This document shows positions 59,762-64,000 of a stretch of 64,000 nt of DNA, one piece after another. The notes beneath the pieces are model-generated. The model was not told the origin of the DNA. It searched no databases and saw only the letters and a list, made by a program, of their open reading frames with translations. Source of the DNA: Azolla caroliniana (taxonomy: Eukaryota; Plantae; Polypodiophyta); contig JBHGNT010000005.1 of NCBI GenBank assembly GCA_043228905.1, positions 2,108,001 to 2,172,000 of the forward strand. Reading direction: 5' to 3'. Position 1 is the stretch's first letter. Each line of letters begins with the position of its first letter. The position numbers and the translations under genes were made by a program.

Positions 59762-62346
59762 TGTTGGGAGACAGGTCCCCTCCGGATGGGAAGTGAGGAG
59801 AACAGTGCCGAAACCGGATGTGGAGTACCCGGCTACGAAAGACCCGGTGAGAACTTGACGAGGAGTACCCAGCTACGGAAGACCCGGTGAGAACCGGACG
59901 AGGAGTACCCGGCTACGGAAGACCCAGTGAGAACCGGACGAGGAGTACCCAGCTACGGAAGACCCGGTGAGAAGTGCTCACCGGATGAAGGGACATATTT
60001 GCAAATATGTTTTCTGAGGGTCCATCGGGGCTATATTTGTAAATAGCCGAAAAGTCATATTAGTATAAATATGACTTAGGGCAAGTGTAATGTGTTGTTG
60101 TCATTTCTTGTTGGTGCAAGATTTGAGAGCGTAACAACGTACAAAGAGAGATAGAGAGGAAGAGGTCGTTGCCTCTGTTTGTAACCGCCGCCTGTGGCGA
60201 AGATAGAAAGCTCGAGGTTGTTGCCTTGGTGCTTTACTATTGTATATTGTAACATAGTGATAGTTTGCAGCCTGTGGGCTGCCGTGGTTTTCCCTAGTTT
60301 GGGTTTTCCACATAAACATCCTGTGTACTCTTCTCTCCATTGTGTCGTGCATTCATTCCCGTTTTCTGTGTGTGATTCTAAGCCTCGGTTGTGGCCGAGC
60401 GTAGTTCATCGTGAACGTGTAGTTCGTGTCAAGTGGTATCAGAGTGAGACGACACAGACAATGGATGATTCATTGGGAGGCATGTTCAAGCTCACCGGCT
60501 CCAACTATTCAGTGTGGAAGTCAAAGATGAGGGACATGCTCATGGTTAAAGATCTTTGGTTGCCGGTTCAGTTCGGGGACAATAGGCCAGACAAAATCGA
60601 CGCCACGATATGGAAGGTGATGCACATGAAGACAACGGCGTACATACGGTGCTTCATCGACATGAGCCTATACAACAACTTCAATGAAGAGAGCAAGGCT
60701 CATGAGCTTTGGGAGAAGATCGGCATTATGTTTCAGAACAAAAATGTTGTTAACTAGGTTTCGGTATTCCGGAAGCTAGTAAGACTCCGGTACCAAGATG
60801 GCTCCATCATGGTGGAGCACATGAATGCCTTCCAGGGGCTGATCCACCAGGCAACATCATTGGAAGTACCTCTTGTCGATGAGGTACTAGCATTACTCCT
60901 GCACTACTACTCCCAGATAGCTGGGAGACGTTGGTTGTCACTTTGGGCAACGCCGGGCCGGAAGGGAAACGGTTATCCCTAGCAAGAGTGAAGTTGAGCT
61001 TGCTAGATGAGGAGGCGCGTCAGAAAGATAAGGATACGAGCTCCGACTCCAAAGTGCTCCTTACCGAATCGGAACGCGGAAGTCATAGAAACTGTAGTCC
61101 CCAGAACCGGGAAAAGTCGGGGACACGGTCAAAGTCAAGGGGGAGGCCTACTTGCTTCTATTGCGGCAAGCCGGGACACTTCTAGAAGAACTGTCGGCAT
61201 TTCCGTAACGACAAGGAAACCGACGGTACCAATTCGAAGCGGACACCGGACCAGAACGGTAAAGACCGGAGGGGAACGGACCGGAAGCGAACGACGGCAA
61301 TCGCGGTAAGTGAAGAAGAGTTGATGCTCATCACCGAGGAGAGTGAGCTAAACCTTGCCGGCGACGAGATGACCTGGGTGGTCGACTCCGGAGTGTCGTT
61401 CCACCTTACCCCGGACCGGAAATGCTTCTCATCCTACTCAGCCGGTAATCACGGCCGTGTCCGGATGGGGAATGAAGGTACATGCCGAATTGTCGGCATA
61501 AGAGACGTGTGGCTGACAACACCACCCGAATGCAAGATGCTGCTGAAGGATGTCTGACACGTTCCGGAGGTTCGTCTGAACCTCATATCAGTCGGTCGGC
61601 TAGATGATGAAGGCTACACGGGTATGATTGTCGCTCGGGCCCGGAAGGTCAACACTTCCGGTGAGTTGTGGCACAAAAGGCTGTGTCACATGAGCGAGAA
61701 GGGGATGAAGAGGCTTGCAGACGACAACCTCATTCTAGTGAAGAATGTGCACTGATTGTCTGGCCAGTAAGCAAAAACGAACCTCCTTCCGACCAAGGCC
61801 ACCGATGAGACGTAATGCACCACTGGAGTTGGTGCATTTTGATGTGTGTCAAGTGGACACGAAGTCACATGCAGGATCGCAGTACTTCGTGACATTCATA
61901 GATGACCACAGCCGGAAGTTGTGGGCCACACCGTTGAAGACGAAGGATCAGGTGCTATCCGTCTTCAAAGAGCTCCACACGAGAGTGGAAAGAGAAACCG
62001 GCCGGAAGCTGAAGGCAGTTTGAGCAGATAACGGAGGAGAATACCGGGGGCAGTTCGAGGAGTACTGTTGCTCGAAGGGAATCCGGCTCGAATTTACCGT
62101 GCCGAAGATGCCGGAACTAAACGGGTTGGCCGAGAGGATGAACCAGACCATAATGGAGAGGGTCTGGGGTATGCTCGGGCATGCAAAATTACCCAAGAAG
62201 TTTTGGGTTGAGGCACTGTCGACGGCGACATATGTGATAAATAGATCACCCTCAGTACCCTTGGACGAAGACACGCCACAGAGAGTATGGACCGGTAAGG
62301 AAGTGTCCTACCGGCATCTGAAGGTGTTCGGGTATCTCGTGTACGT
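59762..62346 (+). mobile_element. Element J: decayed Ty1/Copia (Tnt1/Tork-like); 5' LTR ~59762-60431
   Basis: iMet PBS TGGTATCAGAG at 60434-60444. gag (KLTGSNYSVWK, CFYCGKPGHF*KNC), protease (WVVDSGVSFH) and integrase (FVTFIDDHSR, DNGGEY, NGLAERMN) are in Copia order. Interrupted by K. Confidence 0.88.
59821..59973. repeat. 40-bp tandem repeat, ~3.8 copies, in the U3 of J
   Basis: aggagtacccggctacggaagacccggtgagaaccggacg at 59821, 59861, 59901 and 59941. Confidence 0.92.
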
Positions 62347-64000
62347 TGTCGAGGTATTCCTCGCGGATGCGTGGAATGAGGCGGGACCTCGGGGGTCCTG
62401 TACCGAAGAGCAAGAGAGAAAGGAGAAGAGACCCACTACGTGCGAGAGTAGATTCATAGGGACACGGCCCTTCGACACAAAGACGCGAGTGGGATAGCGA
62501 CACAGAGAGACATGAATGTATGTATGTATTAACAAAGACAAACAACAAAACACGAAGTTGGTTACAACCGAACAGGCCGGCGAACAGATGCCGATACCTG
62601 TTCGTAAACGGACAGAAAGGAAGGAGTAGGTTGGAGGTGCTGCCGGAAGCACTCGGGCATTCCTCAGAGCAGCGCGAGCCTCCCGAACCCTGCACAGAAG
62701 GAAGCTATGGAGTTTGCGAACCAAAAAGAGAGAGAGAGAAGCCTTCGCACACAAACCGACAGCACTTCGTCCTCGACTCTCCGCGATCCCCTTCCCCCTC
62801 CTCGTCTCCCTCCTCTTATAGGCAAGGAAGGAGCCGTTTCCTATTAACTTCCTACCTACCGAATCTACCTACCTAGGATCTTCTATGTCCCTCATTCTCC
62901 CTTATGTACAACGTAAGGCGTACGTGCATGAAGAGTCGGTTCCTATGCTCCAGCGCACCGATTCCGATCGTGGACGGTTTTCTTCACGACATCCGCCCCC
63001 ACCTAACCGCGCATCCACCGGCATGCGCCAAATTGAGTTGGGACGGAGAAAACCGGTCCAACCTTTATTCCCCGCCCGTCAGTTCTTCTTCGGTTTCGGA
63101 TCGTTCGTCGTCCCGGTCCAGGTTATCCGGATCCGGCTCGTCGTCGTGACGCTTCTTGAACGCTTTGATCCGCTTCCCAGCTACCGGTATCGCCATTCTC
63201 GTGCCGTCGAGTTCCGCCAGATGGTACGTCCCGTTGTCGTTGGCGCTTTGTACCACATAAGGCCCGAACCACCTTCTTGCGAACTTCCCTGTCGCTCGGT
63301 GTTGGTTGTCGAGGCTGGTGTCGTAGACTAGCACCCAATCGCCTTCCTCGATCTTCTTCGATCGGAGCCGGTTCGTCTGGTCGAACCGGGCTTTGTTCCT
63401 CGTCCTACCCACCCGAAGCTTTTCCGCAGCCTGCTCCACGTCCTCCGGTCTTCGCTCGAGCTGTCGTATGCGCGCCGTCAACAGTTCCTCCCGGCTCATC
63501 TCGTCTCTCCAGTCCACGGTTGCCCATGAGGAGATCGTACGTTCCATCGGCATGATCGGCTTCTGCCCAAACATGAGCTCTGCCGGCATGAATCCGGTTA
63601 CCGAACTGTGCGTAGTTCGTTCAGCCCACAACGCGTAAGGCAGCAGCCGCGGCCAGTTCCCGACTTGACCTCCGCATGCCCGAACTAACGCCTTGACGAT
63701 CGGTCCGTGTCCGCGCTCCACCTTCCCATTCGCCTCCGGATTGTATGCAGTGGTGAGCGAGAGCTTGACTCCTAGCCGATCGAATAGCTCCTCGGCCTCT
63801 TCGGCGTCCAACTCCCCGCGATCAGCCACTATCTTCCCGATGCACCCGTACCGGCATATCACGTCCTCAATTAGGAACCGACATACGGCCGCGGTCGTTT
63901 TGTTTTGAAGGGCTCGGCCTTCTACCTGGTTCGTCAGATCTTCCCAAGCCAGGACCAGGTACCGCATCTGTCCTACTCCCATCGGCATCGTCACCAGATC
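62347..64000 (-). mobile_element. Element K: A/G-family copy running off the window; 3' LTR 62347-62991, integrase 63065-64000
   Basis: LTR homologous to that of G, PPT at 62992-63004, open integrase core, left flank ACGT. Confidence 0.92.

Noticed and set aside
59821-59973. CRISPR-like array
   Set aside because: The repeats are head-to-tail with no unique spacers, lie inside a Copia LTR, and have no cas genes nearby.
15694-64000. Bacterial contamination suggested by high GC
   Set aside because: All GC-rich sequence resolves into LTR retrotransposon parts with TSDs and eukaryotic tRNA primer sites.

Overview
Plant nuclear DNA, probably from a non-seed land plant (inferred from the Tcn1-like self-priming chromoviruses and plant tRNA primer sites). 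No intact host gene is visible. Bases 1-11.8 kb are AT-rich, with decayed Copia and LINE remnants and short tandem duplications. Bases 11.8-64 kb are a deep nest of about 11 LTR retrotransposons, labelled A-K here. D (Tcn1-like) hosts E. B sits in the LTR of E, A sits in the LTR of B, and C sits in the pol of B. Further on, G is inside F, F is inside H, Copia J is inside the LTR of I, and K is inside J. Element A (17383-24612) is intact and very young. It belongs to a GC-rich, tRNA-Trp-primed, 4-bp-TSD Ty3/Gypsy group without a chromodomain. Main observations: (1) outward-facing tRNA-like A-box/B-box cassettes with identical spacing in the U3 of unrelated LTR families (B, C, probably D); (2) a GGAUUUU-UAG slippery site plus a covarying pseudoknot that places a -1 frameshift between Gag-protease and RT; (3) CpG-centred target sites; (4) a 102-bp aberrant 5' LTR extension that looks like a plus-strand slip by RT; (5) Gag-only non-autonomous elements sharing the same cis signals. 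All alignments and folds were done by eye.
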